Virus record (IMG/VR): IMGVR_UViG_3300022660_000043
DNA: 64,000 nucleotides
Source of the DNA: a virus
Taxonomy: Duplodnaviria; Caudoviricetes
Strand: one strand, 5' to 3'
The position numbers and the translations under genes are program-made. Below the pieces are notes generated by a model. It ran no database searches. It was given only the letters and a program-made list of their open reading frames with translations, and was not told where the DNA came from. Shown in pieces: positions 18,182 through 29,852 of this stretch; position 1 is the stretch's first letter; the number at the start of each line of letters is the position of its first letter.

Positions 18182-18704
18182 TCGTCAAATCTCCTGTAAT
18201 CCTTCTGTTTTCTTTCCGGAAAAGATCCTCCATGGCCGTTGTCTTTATTAAAGATCTCTTCAAACCTTTCAAATTCCTTAAGAGTAAAACCAACTCTATA
18301 GTCAGTCTGGATAAAATGACCTATCTGCTCAGGAAGCATATCACAATCATCATCGATAATAACATAGTAATTAATCTCAGGATGCTCTTCAAGATAAGTC
18401 TTTATCTCAAAACCCCTGCACTGCTCCCTAATTTCTTTAGTACGTCCTAAAATCTCAATTCCAGATCTCAGACCACCATTAATAAGACACTCTTTGTAAT
18501 TCTCATCCCAGCGCCAAGTAGAAGTTACTACAATATCATAATGAAACTTCTTGCACGCTTCAGAAAGCCATTGTACAGCCTGAAAATTATTTACTTTATT
18601 ATCCTTAGGAAAATTATAAGAGCACCTTGTACCCTTCTCATTCCACATCGGAGTATTTACGACCCCATCTAATCATAGTCAAGAAAAACAACTCTTGACT
18701 TCAT
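18157..18704 (-). pseudogene. HAD phosphatase (Swiss-Army-knife RNA-repair type) interrupted by a 5-nt insertion; pseudogene or recoded gene
   Basis: GAGGTG RBS + MKSRVVFLDYD* then other frame DGVVNTP...VVTSTWR..RG.EI..IIDDD. Confidence 0.8.
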
Positions 18705-18714
18705 TTAAACCACC

Positions 18715-19569
18715 TCAATTCTTTTGTTTATATATAAAATATCGATCTAACTTTGCATACTTGTGAGAATCTCTAGTACAAGCAGTACGGATATAGCCTG
18801 AATCTAAAGACAATAGTTTTGCAGCAGCTGAAGCAGATTCATATTCTGCTATTACCTTACCATTAGAGTCTATTTCTAAAACAGGCTGTTTATATTTTCG
18901 TACTTTATGCTCTATTGGAGATAGCTTATCTAACCTTAAATAGCTCCATTGAGTCTCGGCAGCAAGTTGTCCTGGCACAGTAAGTGCAAAAAATAAGCTC
19001 TTAGTTGAAATATTCAAAGATTCTGCTGCTGTAGCCACTGAGTCATAAGTCATCAAATAAGTGCCATCTGGCGCGTACTGATAAATAGTCTTTAATCTTA
19101 AACTATGCTGATATCTATTCCCGCGGCGCCGGCTTTCTGTCTCATTATAATCTGGTAGTACCTTTAAAACACCTCGGATGCTGTATCTAGTAGCCCCAGT
19201 AATTGTACTAATTTCTGCAATACTTTTACCATCCCGCCAAAGCTGATAAATTAAATCATAATCTAATAATATAGCACCCTCTCCACCACGAGTAGCATTG
19301 TATCCCTTCCCAAGTGGAGCAAAGCTTTCATATCTAGAAATATATAGTTGTTCAGCATCTGCAACCTTATCTGCATCTACTTCTTCGACTAACTCTATTT
19401 TAAAATTTTCGATTCCATATTTACGCATTGCACTGTACAAAGGCCTTTTAAGCTTTAATGTAAAAGCAGCAATTTGATGTTGTCGAAATCTACGATCTAA
19501 AGTAGTAGAAGTCTGCCCTATATAAATCTTATTGTTTTGTAAATTAGTAATTTTATAGATAAATGCCAT
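18715..19569 (-). CDS. free-standing GIY-YIG homing endonuclease with NUMOD1-like repeats
   Basis: FIYKITN..NNKIYIGQT, R, E, GYN..GG; YDSVATAA and YESASAAA modules. Confidence 0.9.
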   Translation of the reverse strand: MAFIYKITNLQNNKIYIGQTSTTLDRRFRQHQIAAFTLKLKRPLYSAMRKYGIENFKIELVEEVDADKVADAEQLYISRYESFAPLGKGYNATRGGEGAILLDYDLIYQLWRDGKSIAEISTITGATRYSIRGVLKVLPDYNETESRRRGNRYQHSLRLKTIYQYAPDGTYLMTYDSVATAAESLNISTKSLFFALTVPGQLAAETQWSYLRLDKLSPIEHKVRKYKQPVLEIDSNGKVIAEYESASAAAKLLSLDSGYIRTACTRDSHKYAKLDRYFIYKQKN

Positions 19570-19597
19570 ATTAAACTCCTTAATAATTTATTTCATT

Positions 19598-19607
19598 TAA
19601 TTTAGCA
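19598..19607 (-). promoter_or_regulatory. class III motif TGCTAAATTA
   Basis: exact copies at 29804(+), 35941, 47142. Confidence 0.55.
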
Positions 19608-19623
19608 TTTACTTTTCTAGATT

Positions 19624-21082
19624 TTAACGTTGAGTTCCAGAAAGAGGGAGCTCGTCCTCATCTCTCTTTTTATATTTATAATTATGACATGGAGCGGTAT
19701 CTCCATAGCACAAAAATCCAGCCCAACTAACTTCATCTTCAGGCGGATTAGAACAGCAGAGATTCCAATCTCCCATACCCAAGAAGAATTCACAATTTCC
19801 ACACTTAGCGCGCATCTTTAAGCTCCTCGTCTTCTCTATAAGAATGACAATAATTAAAACTAAAGTTAAGACTTGTATCATTTATATAGGTTTGAATAAT
19901 GTCATAAAGCTCATCCATACAAGTACAAGGAAGCGCTTTCTCAGTATCCTCTCCTTGATCTACTATTACAAGCTTGGACTTACAATGTTCAGACTCGTTC
20001 CCGCAATCCTCCATATAAATAAAATGATACAAAAGCTCTTCTATCGTTTCAAGCTTAGAATCTACTATCGAATGATGGCCTTTCTCTTTTTCAAAAGTAT
20101 AATTCTCAAAAAATCCTTCAGCAATAGCAGTAATAATTTTACATGGGGCATTTACCATCCAATTATCGTCAATATGACAATTCACAGCTGCCTCAAATTT
20201 CTCAATGCCGGCCTCTATCATAGCAATTGTTTCAATAAGCTCTTTAAAAGTATGTCTCTCAATCATAATTATATCTCCATCTAGCTTTATCAGCTAATTT
20301 CTTTTCGAAATCTAACGGAATTGTAATACCTGCAAAAACTGTACTACATCTAGGACAGACTAATGGGCTTACCCGAGGCTTTCGATAACTCAACTTACCG
20401 TCAGAACAATCTAATGCAACTATCTCCACATCATCTAGTTCAAATACATACTTGCATTCAGAACAGACTGGTTTCATTTCAATATATCCAGTAGGACCAG
20501 GCTGTTTAAAATCCATTTTTGTCCTCCTGAACCCATGAAGCATAATAACTTTCCTGAAATTCAAGATCACGCTTAATTTCCGCTTCTACATCAGCAGCGA
20601 ACTCTTCTTCAGTCTTACCATGTAAATCAAGCTGTTTACGAACAAATCTCTGATATCTCTCATTAATATCCTGAGGCCACCTGCCAGCACAAGAAATGTA
20701 GAGAACCATATCTCTATAACTTTCTTTTCCAGCTTCAATACAATCTATACATACTGCGTTACTATGTGCACCAAAAGCAGAAGCTACTACAAAACCAACA
20801 GCTTCTTTCTTTCCACACACATCACAAGTATCAATAGGCCAAGGCTTACGCTTCATCTTCTTCCTCCCTATTTTCTCTACAATACTTTCCAATAGTCTTC
20901 AAAATAGGTTCTTTGCCGTCTGGTACAATAAGGTAATAAGGGTAAAGACTATAGTCGTGTCCAGCACCCCATCCGACAAACTCACATTCTACCAAAGCTT
21001 GCTCCTCTGTCATGTGTTCATCATCAAAAAACATATGATACTTCAAACCGGTATTCATTGTAAAATCAATCTGCTTTAACAT
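19624..21082 (-). other. five small hypothetical CDSs (19624-~19815, 19805-20266, 20259-~20516, 20506-~20856, 20846-21082)
   Basis: tiling, several Cys clusters. Confidence 0.65.
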
Positions 21083-21468
21083 ACAAAGCCTCCAAACACA
21101 AATACAATAAAGGTACTAGCGATCTGAAGCATATGACAAGCCTGATCTACCCAAAGGTTAATTACTTTTACGTTTGCCTTCAGATGATCGACTGCTGCGT
21201 GAAAAATGGTATTAAAGACCAAGAAGTAAAGATATCCGAAGCCAACGTTAAAATCAAGAGCAAAAGCACAGGGCAACATAATCATGCAAGACCAAGACAA
21301 AGCATGCATAATCAAAGCTACTATGTAATCATACTTATAAATCTTATCAGGTGCAGTCTTCTTCCAAAAATCACGCTGCTTTAGATTACATAGGCAAGGT
21401 GCCTGCAAAACATAGTCGTCAAGAACGTGCATAAACAACATAGCGATCAAAACAAAAATATTACTCAT
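21076..21468 (-). CDS. DUF3307-like membrane protein
   Basis: HVLDDYVLQ, H, HAAVD..K, DQACH. Confidence 0.8.
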   Translation of the reverse strand: MSNIFVLIAMLFMHVLDDYVLQAPCLCNLKQRDFWKKTAPDKIYKYDYIVALIMHALSWSCMIMLPCAFALDFNVGFGYLYFLVFNTIFHAAVDHLKANVKVINLWVDQACHMLQIASTFIVFVFGGFVC

Positions 21469-24161
21469 TTATATTTACTCCTAGTTCTTTAAATAATCTA
21501 ATACCGTCTTTACATAGCTCATCCCAAGACTTTCCCTGCAATGGGGGGATAACACAGTTATTTGAAGTTTCTCTTGCCGTAAGCTCTTCTACAATATCCC
21601 AAAGACATTCAAGCTTATAAGTATATTCGTGTTCCATAAGTTCCTCCAAAATATAAAGTGGCTACATATTATTATACAATATGTAACCACTCAGAATTAT
21701 ATCGATATTTAATTTTCTATTATTCAACTACGTAGAATTCCACAAGATATGAGATACCGCCGCCAGAAAGATAAGTTTTATATTTATCTTTCACACGATA
21801 AATAAAAGGTTCCTTAATAAATCCTGTTTCAGAATAAGGTTCCTCTACATCCCTAAGTAAAGCGACATATCCGGTATCTTCCCAAACTCTTCCATATACA
21901 GGCGAATCATTAAGATGAAATCTATTCTCTGCTTTAGGAATCAAAACCATCTTACCTTCTAGCTCAATACCCTGCTCTTTGGCTCTTTTTAGAATCTGTA
22001 AATATTCTGACATCATTTCTCTCCATATTTTACATCTTGAGGCAAAATCGTAATTTCTGCACCCTCTACGAGCTCGTCTCCAGCAATAGCATGACTCTGC
22101 ATAGACATACCATAAATATCGCCTCTAATAAAATTAATAAACGCGCACCTAGTATCATTAGGAAAATGTAAAATAAGCTTCATTATTTCTTACCTCCTTG
22201 TGCCGCTAAAGCAGCAAGATCTTTTTCTAAAGCATTAATGCAATTAAAAGCAGCACTCATAAGCTTATAAGTGCATTCTTCATGAGGCCCCTTTTCAGGC
22301 CCCATATACAAAGGGCAACCAGAACAATTTCTATAAACTGTACAGCAAATTAAACCTTGCTTAAGATCTCCAAATGAAAGTTCTACCATCAGTCTACCTC
22401 CGGAATAATATTGTCTTTAGGAAGATCTACATACATAACAATAGCTCTTCTCATATATTTAATAGCAATTTCTTTTAAATACTCTTCCAACCGAGCCTCA
22501 GCCAAACAATTAGCCGCAAACTGCTCCTCGGTATATTCCCCTCGTTCTACCGCAACAGCACAACAACGCGGCTCATAATTAAATTTCTCACAAAGTTCAT
22601 CAGAGTGCCGATCATAATAAACTTCAGTAAACTCTTCAAAGTCTGTATAATATCGCTCACCGATAAGACCTACTAACTCTACAGAAGCCGATCCACAATG
22701 ACCAAGCCAGTAGCCACAATCGTCTCCACATACCTCACCATGTACTAAGGTAATAATAGGCAAATCTGGATTTTGAGCAACAAGCTCTACAAAATCTTTA
22801 TTATTCATCTCCAGCCCTCCAATTATTTGCGATGCACTTTGCCGCCACATCATTTAGTAGCCTGTCATGGGTAGTCTTAATATTTCTTGACATATAACTT
22901 ACATTATGCCACTTACAATCCATTTCATCATAAGTAAGAAGATCTCCCATCTGATAAGTCTTTTCAATCCTATCACACTCAGATCCCATGTTGCCATAAA
23001 GCTTCGCAAACTCCCAAGCCTCTTTCCACTCTGCAGAACATGGGTGCACATTCACGACAATATAACCACATTCAGTTCTAAGTCTATTGAGCAGCCAGTC
23101 AAGGTATGCAGTATCATTAGCAAAAGTATACTCAACTAAATCAAGATTTATATACTTTGAATAATGATTCCAAAACATTACATCACCCTTATACAAGAAA
23201 GTCTTATACTTGTGGCAAAGATCTTCATAAATCTTACAAGCATCTTTATTCTGCTCAAACGGTGTACCATCATCTGCAAAATAACTTACAATCGTCTCTT
23301 CTCTCATTTCTCGTTCTCCATAATAAGTTCATATTCATGAATAGTGTCTGCCATTTCGTCTATCCAATCCCAAGGATTAGATTCATGATGTCTGCAACAA
23401 TGAGACCAAATAAAAGCAGCTTCTGCACGGCTGAAATAATGTCCATAAATAGCTTCATTCATAATATACTTATAAATAGCTTCATTAAGATTTGCATGAC
23501 TCTGTGCACACATATCTCTAGCCTGTCTCTGAAGCTCGATCTGCTTTTCATTCTGACGAGCTACCTCTTCTCTATTCCACTTCACGCTCTTATTTTCGTC
23601 AAATACATGATCGTCACGATACCGTTTTACAGGCACATAAAAATCATGATCTACTCTACAAATTGCTGCCCGAATGTCCTCTCCGCAGTGAATATCAAAA
23701 TTAGTAATAACTTCCATAATTTACCTCCAAATCAAATTTGCTCTATGAGAATAACAGCCTCTCAATAATTTTAATAAGTCTTCCCAATCATTTTTGCTAT
23801 AAGCTTGATAACGTAAGCTAATTTGAGCGAAATCCTCAATTTTGTTTACAATTAAAGACGTTAACAAATCTGCAAGCTTTTTACAAGTTTTATAATTTAC
23901 CTTGCCTTCACAATCAGACATAAACATAAACTCTGCTATATCTGCATCATTTGAAAATCTCGACTGCTCTAGAATTTCTGTAGTACGTCTATCGAAAGCT
24001 TCGAGCTCATTGAAACGAAAAGCATCCATCAATGTAGCATAATGCTCTCCAAATTCCGCATCCCAAGCTTTTGCTATTCTACTACGTATCTTAAACAACA
24101 TAAAGCTACTACCATCCAACGATGGGGCACCTTTATAATTAGCCGTAAGACTGATTCCCAT
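21461..24161 (-). other. hypothetical CDSs (21461-21649, 21720-22016, 22013-22183, 22183-22389, 22389-22808, 22801-23307, 23304-23717, 23721-24161)
   Basis: tiling with RBSs. Confidence 0.65.
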
Positions 24162-24243
24162 AGTTCCCCTCCATAAAATAATCTCATAATATTATACAAT
24201 AGTACAAAAGCTAAATTAGCCTAAAAAAAGAAAAAAGGCTGAA

Positions 24244-24573
24244 TTACTCAGCCTCAAAATGACGAATTGCAGTGTAAATATCTTTATCAGATTCACACCA
24301 GAGCTCATCAAACTCTCTTGCTGCTACCAAACCAAGAAAAGACTTAGCATTAATGCAACAGCGACCGCCATCTACTGTAATGCCTTTCTGAGTATCTCTT
24401 CTATTCCATTTCTTTATACAATCTTTGGAATCAAGGCCTCTAGGAAATTCTACCTCAACTTTGCACTTCTTGCAAATAAACCGGCATTTAATAGCTTCAC
24501 TATATTTCCAAAGCTCTACCTCACCTTTACAAAAAGGACAAGGCTTAAGCTTTACATCAGCAACTTGTACCAT
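24244..24573 (-). CDS. Lar-like Zn-finger fused to an HPr-like C-terminal segment
   Basis: LKPCPFC...CKKC...KKWNRR then INAKSFLGL. Confidence 0.6.
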   Translation of the reverse strand: MVQVADVKLKPCPFCKGEVELWKYSEAIKCRFICKKCKVEVEFPRGLDSKDCIKKWNRRDTQKGITVDGGRCCINAKSFLGLVAAREFDELWCESDKDIYTAIRHFEAE

Positions 24574-25570
24574 GTGTGCCTCTTTCTACTTTTGATCCAC
24601 AATAAGGGCAAAAATTTCCAAGCTCCACTAACTTATGACATTCTGAACAATACTCCCTAAAACCAACCTTCTGACCACCATGGCAGGTTTTGCGAGACCC
24701 TACATCCTCGGCAGGTAAACTACGAATATAGGAAGTAAAGGCACTTAAAAGCTCTTCTTGATGCGGATATTTAATTCTATAATCAAGCAAGTCTGCTAAT
24801 ACTCTACTACGTTTAATGTACATTATCAGACTCCTCTCTTGCTATTTGCGCTTCTGCAAGATAAATTAAAGGAGCAATCCAATCTGCTCTCTCTGACCAG
24901 ATTTTTCTAATACCTGCATTACTTCCACATTCACCTAAATAAATTGCAAGATGAAATTCTGCTTTTGCCTTCTCCAATGCAGTCTTTACATGCTCCATAT
25001 ATAAACTATTTTGCGGAATAGGTTTCTTCATTATTGGTAATCCTTTGCATAAATAAAATTATCTAATTTCTTTCCGTCCACATGATCTGGGCACTTTACT
25101 GTTTCGAGTCCATCAGATAGCTTTTCATACTTTTCTGCCTTTTCTGCTTGCTTTGCAGCCCACTGTTCTTGAGACTCAAAAATCGTAACCCCAAGGTCAT
25201 CAAGTGTAAAAAAGCCATTAAAAGTACACGAACCAGAACCAGTGGTTCCAGCAACAAAATGAAAAGGCTTATCAATCTTACAAGGCAGAAGCCCCCACAT
25301 AGGATCCTCTACAAAAACAATAGATCCTACAGGCGGATAAGGTATCTGCTTCCTTAGCTCTTCAAGTGTCTTAACAAGCTGCTCATTTTCCTCAACGATA
25401 CGTCTATTCTCTGCAGACAGACTACTTAACTTATCCTGCAAAACTTTAATAGTACGTTCAGGACTCTTTTGCAAGAGTGCACACTGCCCATCTTCACAGA
25501 TAGATAACATAGACTCCACAGTGCACAACCCTTTATCATTATTAACACAATCAGCTGCTGCACACTGCAT
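24557..25570 (-). other. three hypothetical CDSs (24557-24823 Zn-ribbon, 24813-25031, 25031-25570)
   Basis: tiling. Confidence 0.65.
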
Positions 25571-25572
25571 AA

Positions 25573-25875
25573 TTAAACCACCTCAGATAGCTTCTTGAAA
25601 TTCTTCTGCAAAATCTTAGCAAATGCTCTGATAGCTACTGCATCAGTCTCATCAAGATCTCTCAAAGCGTCGGGGTCAGAAACTTGATTGACAAGAGTTT
25701 CAACAGTCTGAGCAATTTCAGGAAGAGTACTATACTTTTTAAAACAAATTACATCGCCTTCGACATAAAGCTCCATTGGATCGCCTTCTTTAAGTCCAAG
25801 AGTGTGACGAATCTCCTTAGGAACTACAATACGCCCAAGATCATCAATTCTACGAACAATACCAGTTGCTTTCAT
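25573..25875 (-). CDS. AbrB/SpoVT-family transcription regulator
   Basis: MKATGIVRRIDDLGRIVVPKEIR...EGDPMEL. Confidence 0.92.
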   Translation of the reverse strand: MKATGIVRRIDDLGRIVVPKEIRHTLGLKEGDPMELYVEGDVICFKKYSTLPEIAQTVETLVNQVSDPDALRDLDETDAVAIRAFAKILQKNFKKLSEVV

Positions 25876-25878
25876 TTT

Positions 25879-26262
25879 TTATACCTCCACAATACAAGAG
25901 CCTTCATGATGCAGATAAGCAATAGTACCAGGAATAGGCTCATAAAAATCTACATGCTCAACATGCATCTTATCAGAAGTCTTCTTTACAATAAGTCCTT
26001 GATTTATAAGGCTAAGAAAGTCATCTTGATAATAATGCTCATAAGCACAGTTGTTCAAAGCTCTAAGAGTAATCTTATAATTATCATCTACCTTGTATCT
26101 AGATTCGTCCACTCTGCACTCAAACCACTCCCAAGGTGTGTCTGAGCTAGTAAATGAAATCAAACCCATAAAAGTCTCGATAGGCTGCATCAAACAAAAA
26201 TAAGTCGCATCCTTATCAATATTACGATAATTCTTCTCCATCATAGTTAAAATCCTCCTCAA
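25879..26262 (-). CDS. hypothetical protein
   Basis: tiling. Confidence 0.65.
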   Translation of the reverse strand: MRRILTMMEKNYRNIDKDATYFCLMQPIETFMGLISFTSSDTPWEWFECRVDESRYKVDDNYKITLRALNNCAYEHYYQDDFLSLINQGLIVKKTSDKMHVEHVDFYEPIPGTIAYLHHEGSCIVEV

Positions 26263-26492
26263 AAAATACCATCAGTCTCTTCAAGACGAACTTCTTTTAC
26301 CAAGCCAAACGGCAAAGCAAGTAGCTTCTGCTTGTAGCGGTCAATACGTTCACCCATGCGACCAATAAGCACACCAGGACGATCAGAGTAAATTGTAAGC
26401 ACACCACTTCTTACTCGATAAAGCATAATGTGAGTAAGACCAGACTCTTTCTTCCATTCATTAAGAACTTCCTGAATCATAAAGTTTTTCAT
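26259..26492 (-). CDS. stand-alone KH domain resembling ribosomal protein S3 KH
   Basis: IYSDRPGVLIGRMGERID (GxxG loop). Confidence 0.7.
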   Translation of the reverse strand: MKNFMIQEVLNEWKKESGLTHIMLYRVRSGVLTIYSDRPGVLIGRMGERIDRYKQKLLALPFGLVKEVRLEETDGIF

Positions 26493-26556
26493 AAAAACAC
26501 CTCCAAAGTTTTATTGTACATAATATAATACAATACCTCTGGAGGTGAATTAATAG

Positions 26557-26790
26557 TTATTCTAAAATTTTATTCCAAGCTTTTTCTGCCAGCATTCTAA
26601 ATTCTACGCTATGTTCTACCTTATGTCGAGTCAACGAGCTGTCTGGACGAATTAGCACTCTTGGTCCATAACAATGACAATTATTACAATACATTGCAAC
26701 ATACCAGGCACGTTTAAAACTAAGAGATGTAGTTTTTACTGAATATTTAATATCAGTGCAACCACAAAAAGGGCAAGAATCTAAAATCAT
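26557..26790 (-). CDS. Lar-like restriction-alleviation Zn-finger protein
   Basis: CPFCG...CNNC...AEKAWN. Confidence 0.65.
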   Translation of the reverse strand: MILDSCPFCGCTDIKYSVKTTSLSFKRAWYVAMYCNNCHCYGPRVLIRPDSSLTRHKVEHSVEFRMLAEKAWNKILE

Positions 26791-27484
26791 TTCTTCACCT
26801 CTGGAAATGGAAGCATTTCAGTATTACATGATGGACACATTCTTCCTGCCTCCTCTGTAGGCATTACTTGACCACACTCGCTACACTCAACCCACAGAGA
26901 ATTTATATCTCCCTCTGGAAATTCCCAAACACCCCAAATTTTCTTTTCCATATTAAAACTCCTTTAAAGTACAGCCATGCTCATTAAAACAGTCACAATT
27001 TAAACAACGACCATCACAATCAATGCCTAAATATAGATCACATTTAGAACAATATTTCTCAATAGCCTCTTTTGCGGGAATACCTCCCGGCTCATCAAAA
27101 GCAAGCCAAATAGGACATTCACCACAATAATTACTTGGGTACTCTCGTGACATAGGGTACCTCCTTATAGAGCTTTGCCCCACAATAAGGACAATACTCA
27201 AAACCACAGTCATAAATAAAGGACAATGACCCAAGTTGCTTATCGCAATTTCCACATTTACCTAGATCATCAAACTGTCCACAAATCACTAAGCATGCAC
27301 TTATTTTAGGTTCACCAAGCTCATAGGTATCCAATAGCTCTAATTGTACACAAGCATGATTAATAGCCTCTCTATACACGTCTGCTTTCTCTGGTTCATC
27401 CATCAAAAGCTCAAAAGTATCAGCCATGCTATTACCATGATCTCTAATTACCTTAATTGCTTTTTGTTGCTCTACTACAAACAT
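26787..27484 (-). other. three small Cys-rich CDSs (26787-26951, 26953-27153, 27131-27484)
   Basis: tiling; YCPYCG. Confidence 0.55.
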
Positions 27485-27612
27485 TGTATATCCTCCCATA
27501 AAATTGCTACATTTTATTATACGGTGTCTATGCAAAATATTTTATTATTTTTATAAAAAGAAGGCATATATTTCAATGCCTCCTTAAAGCCCAAATTTAG
27601 CTTTTATTAGTT

Positions 27613-28257
27613 TTACTTCTTGCACTTGCAATTTTTATTACCATTGCCTATTAAAGCGTCAGGATGAGAATTTTTGCCTTCTGTATTACAGTTTGAGTCA
27701 CACCTATTCAAAGCAGAACAGCCAGACGCATTATGAACCTCCTGAAGCTTCTCATTAACATAATCTCTATCTGCCTGATCTGCAACAGTAATAGCATCCA
27801 AATGAATAGTCGCAGTCGTTCCAGCGCTACACGAAGATGAAGTGGAAGAAATAGTTCTGTCAGCTAAATGAGCTTCAGGATAAGAGCCAGACTGTAAAAT
27901 CGAGCCACCAGAAGTATTACAGCTAAACTTATTCTTGGGACACCAAGTACAAGGAGTATCACCTACATAGGTACCATTCTTAAGAAGGTTCTTCATCCAA
28001 TCACACTCCGCACAAGGATCCTTAGCCTGATCTGTGCAAGGAATTGGCTCACCTGCTTTAGGCCAGTTAAGATAATCAATACCATAGCCTCCACCATTCT
28101 GAGACTTGTGATAATAATCCTTACCACAAGTAGGGCAAGCCACTTTATTGAGTGAACAACTCAAATTAAGATCACTAAGTTCATACGTAAATTCACAACC
28201 GCACATATCACAGGTAGCATAAAATTCTTTCTGTCCAGGTTTAATTACTTTTACCAT
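27613..28257 (-). CDS. Cys-rich Zn-finger protein
   Basis: CDMCGC, CPTCG, CAEC, CTWC. Confidence 0.7.
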   Translation of the reverse strand: MVKVIKPGQKEFYATCDMCGCEFTYELSDLNLSCSLNKVACPTCGKDYYHKSQNGGGYGIDYLNWPKAGEPIPCTDQAKDPCAECDWMKNLLKNGTYVGDTPCTWCPKNKFSCNTSGGSILQSGSYPEAHLADRTISSTSSSCSAGTTATIHLDAITVADQADRDYVNEKLQEVHNASGCSALNRCDSNCNTEGKNSHPDALIGNGNKNCKCKK

Positions 28258-28468
28258 CTTTATTCTCCTTATTTATTGGAAATTCTTTTTTAAATTCATA
28301 GGTAGGCACCAAATCTACAGCAAATAGTAAAAACAAAAGCCATAGACAATGTAAGCTACCTGAAAAAACAACCATAAAATATACAAAAGCTAAAATTGCA
28401 GCTAGAGCAAGAAATCTGCAAATAATTGAAGCTATAATACAAACAGTCCAATTCTTATTCATCTTCAC
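28241..28468 (-). CDS. small membrane protein
   Basis: two TM segments. Confidence 0.6.
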   Translation of the reverse strand: MKMNKNWTVCIIASIICRFLALAAILAFVYFMVVFSGSLHCLWLLFLLFAVDLVPTYEFKKEFPINKENKDGKSN

Positions 28469-29051
28469 ACTCCCGATTTAGCTTAAAATTCCTCCAGCAG
28501 CGATAGCACATTGCTTTGTACTTTTCGTCTCCACCAATATCAATCTGATTACCTGAGAGAACTAGTTTACCGTTATTAAACTTCGCAGTCAAAACTGCCT
28601 TTTTTCCACACTCACAAAAAGTCTCAAGTTCTATAAGCCTATCCGCGATCTCAAATAGCCTTTGAGAACCGATAAATGCTCTTGTCCTAAAATCTGTTCT
28701 AAGACCATAGCAAAGAACTGGAATATCAAAGTCTTTTGCAATCTCATTTAGCTCATCTACCTGCCATGACTGTAAGAACTGTGCTTCATCACAAATAATA
28801 ATATTTGTATATAGTGGAGGAGCAATATGATCATTTCTATAGATAGGCTGAGCTTCTGCCTCAATACCGACTCTAGATCGAAGCATAGGAATACGACTAC
28901 CATCTTGCATAACCTTATCATCACGAGTATCTACTGCTGGCTTAATAAGCCACACATTCTGTCGCATACTTAAGGCGTTGTGTCTAGCCATAAGGGCATT
29001 AGCAGTCTTTGAACACCCCATAGGACCATAATAGAAAGTAAGATCTGCCAT
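28455..29051 (-). CDS. tdk: thymidine kinase
   Basis: YGPMGCSKT, KPAVDTR, DEAQF, YGLRTDF, CECG...CYRC. Confidence 0.93.
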   Translation of the reverse strand: MADLTFYYGPMGCSKTANALMARHNALSMRQNVWLIKPAVDTRDDKVMQDGSRIPMLRSRVGIEAEAQPIYRNDHIAPPLYTNIIICDEAQFLQSWQVDELNEIAKDFDIPVLCYGLRTDFRTRAFIGSQRLFEIADRLIELETFCECGKKAVLTAKFNNGKLVLSGNQIDIGGDEKYKAMCYRCWRNFKLNRECEDE

Positions 29052-29290
29052 TACAGCTGCCCTGCCTCTTTACTATTTTTAATTACTTTCTCTGTAAACC
29101 CTGGCCTGACAGTGCCGTCAGCCTCCAGCTCTCTCATAAATTCAATAGCTTTTCCATACATAGCCTTCTTAAACTCTTCATAAGTATCACAAACTGCCAC
29201 TACCTGAATTACTTCAAATAAAGCCTGCTTTTTAATAAACTCTGTCTGCGCCTTCATAGCTGCGAGCATATCCTCATTATATCCAGCCAT
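29051..29290 (-). CDS. hypothetical protein
   Basis: GGAGG RBS. Confidence 0.65.
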   Translation of the reverse strand: MAGYNEDMLAAMKAQTEFIKKQALFEVIQVVAVCDTYEEFKKAMYGKAIEFMRELEADGTVRPGFTEKVIKNSKEAGQL

Positions 29291-29332
29291 TATAAGCCTC
29301 CTTTTATCTTATTCTTTATATTATACAATATA

Positions 29333-29725
29333 TTATACAATATCTTCTTGCTGTTTAAGCCATTCAAAATAAAATACTACGTTGCGTGGATGTTCTTCTA
29401 CCAAACCATAGTCTAAACCAACTTTATAAATATAATTATCTTCTCGCAGCTTCATTGGAATTTCTTCTATGTAACGCCTAAAAGTTTCTAAAGAATGAGC
29501 TCGTTTATAATGGTTGCACCTACGGCAAGAAGGCATAAAATTATTAAAATTTTCTACTTCTGATTCCAACGCCTTACCACACTTTTCTCTCTGAACTGGA
29601 ATAAGGTGATCTACTTGGAAATCTTTTCTTGTTAATTCCTTACCACAATAAGCACAATGACCATCATATTTTTTAAAAATTTCTTCTCTTAGCTTTGGTG
29701 GAATTGCTTTACGTTTTGCTGTCAT
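29333..29725 (-). CDS. HNH endonuclease
   Basis: CAYCG, VDHLIP, N..PSCRRCNHYK; start 29725. Confidence 0.9.
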   Translation of the reverse strand: MTAKRKAIPPKLREEIFKKYDGHCAYCGKELTRKDFQVDHLIPVQREKCGKALESEVENFNNFMPSCRRCNHYKRAHSLETFRRYIEEIPMKLREDNYIYKVGLDYGLVEEHPRNVVFYFEWLKQQEDIV

Positions 29726-29803
29726 AAAATTAATAAACCTCATAATAAATAATGTATTATATAATACAATCTTTATAAATAAAATATTTTTGTGCATGTA
29801 TAG

Positions 29804-29813
29804 TGCTAAATTA
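29804..29813 (+). promoter_or_regulatory. class III motif TGCTAAATTA upstream of the lone + strand gene
   Basis: orientation follows the gene. Confidence 0.6.
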
Positions 29814-29852
29814 TTTAGAAACTTATTTTAATAATTCTATAAGGAGCTTAAT

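Noticed and set aside
18715-19569. Group I intron hosting the GIY-YIG gene
   Set aside because: The ORF abuts neighbours with no room for an intron core; the flanking genes are not halves of one gene.
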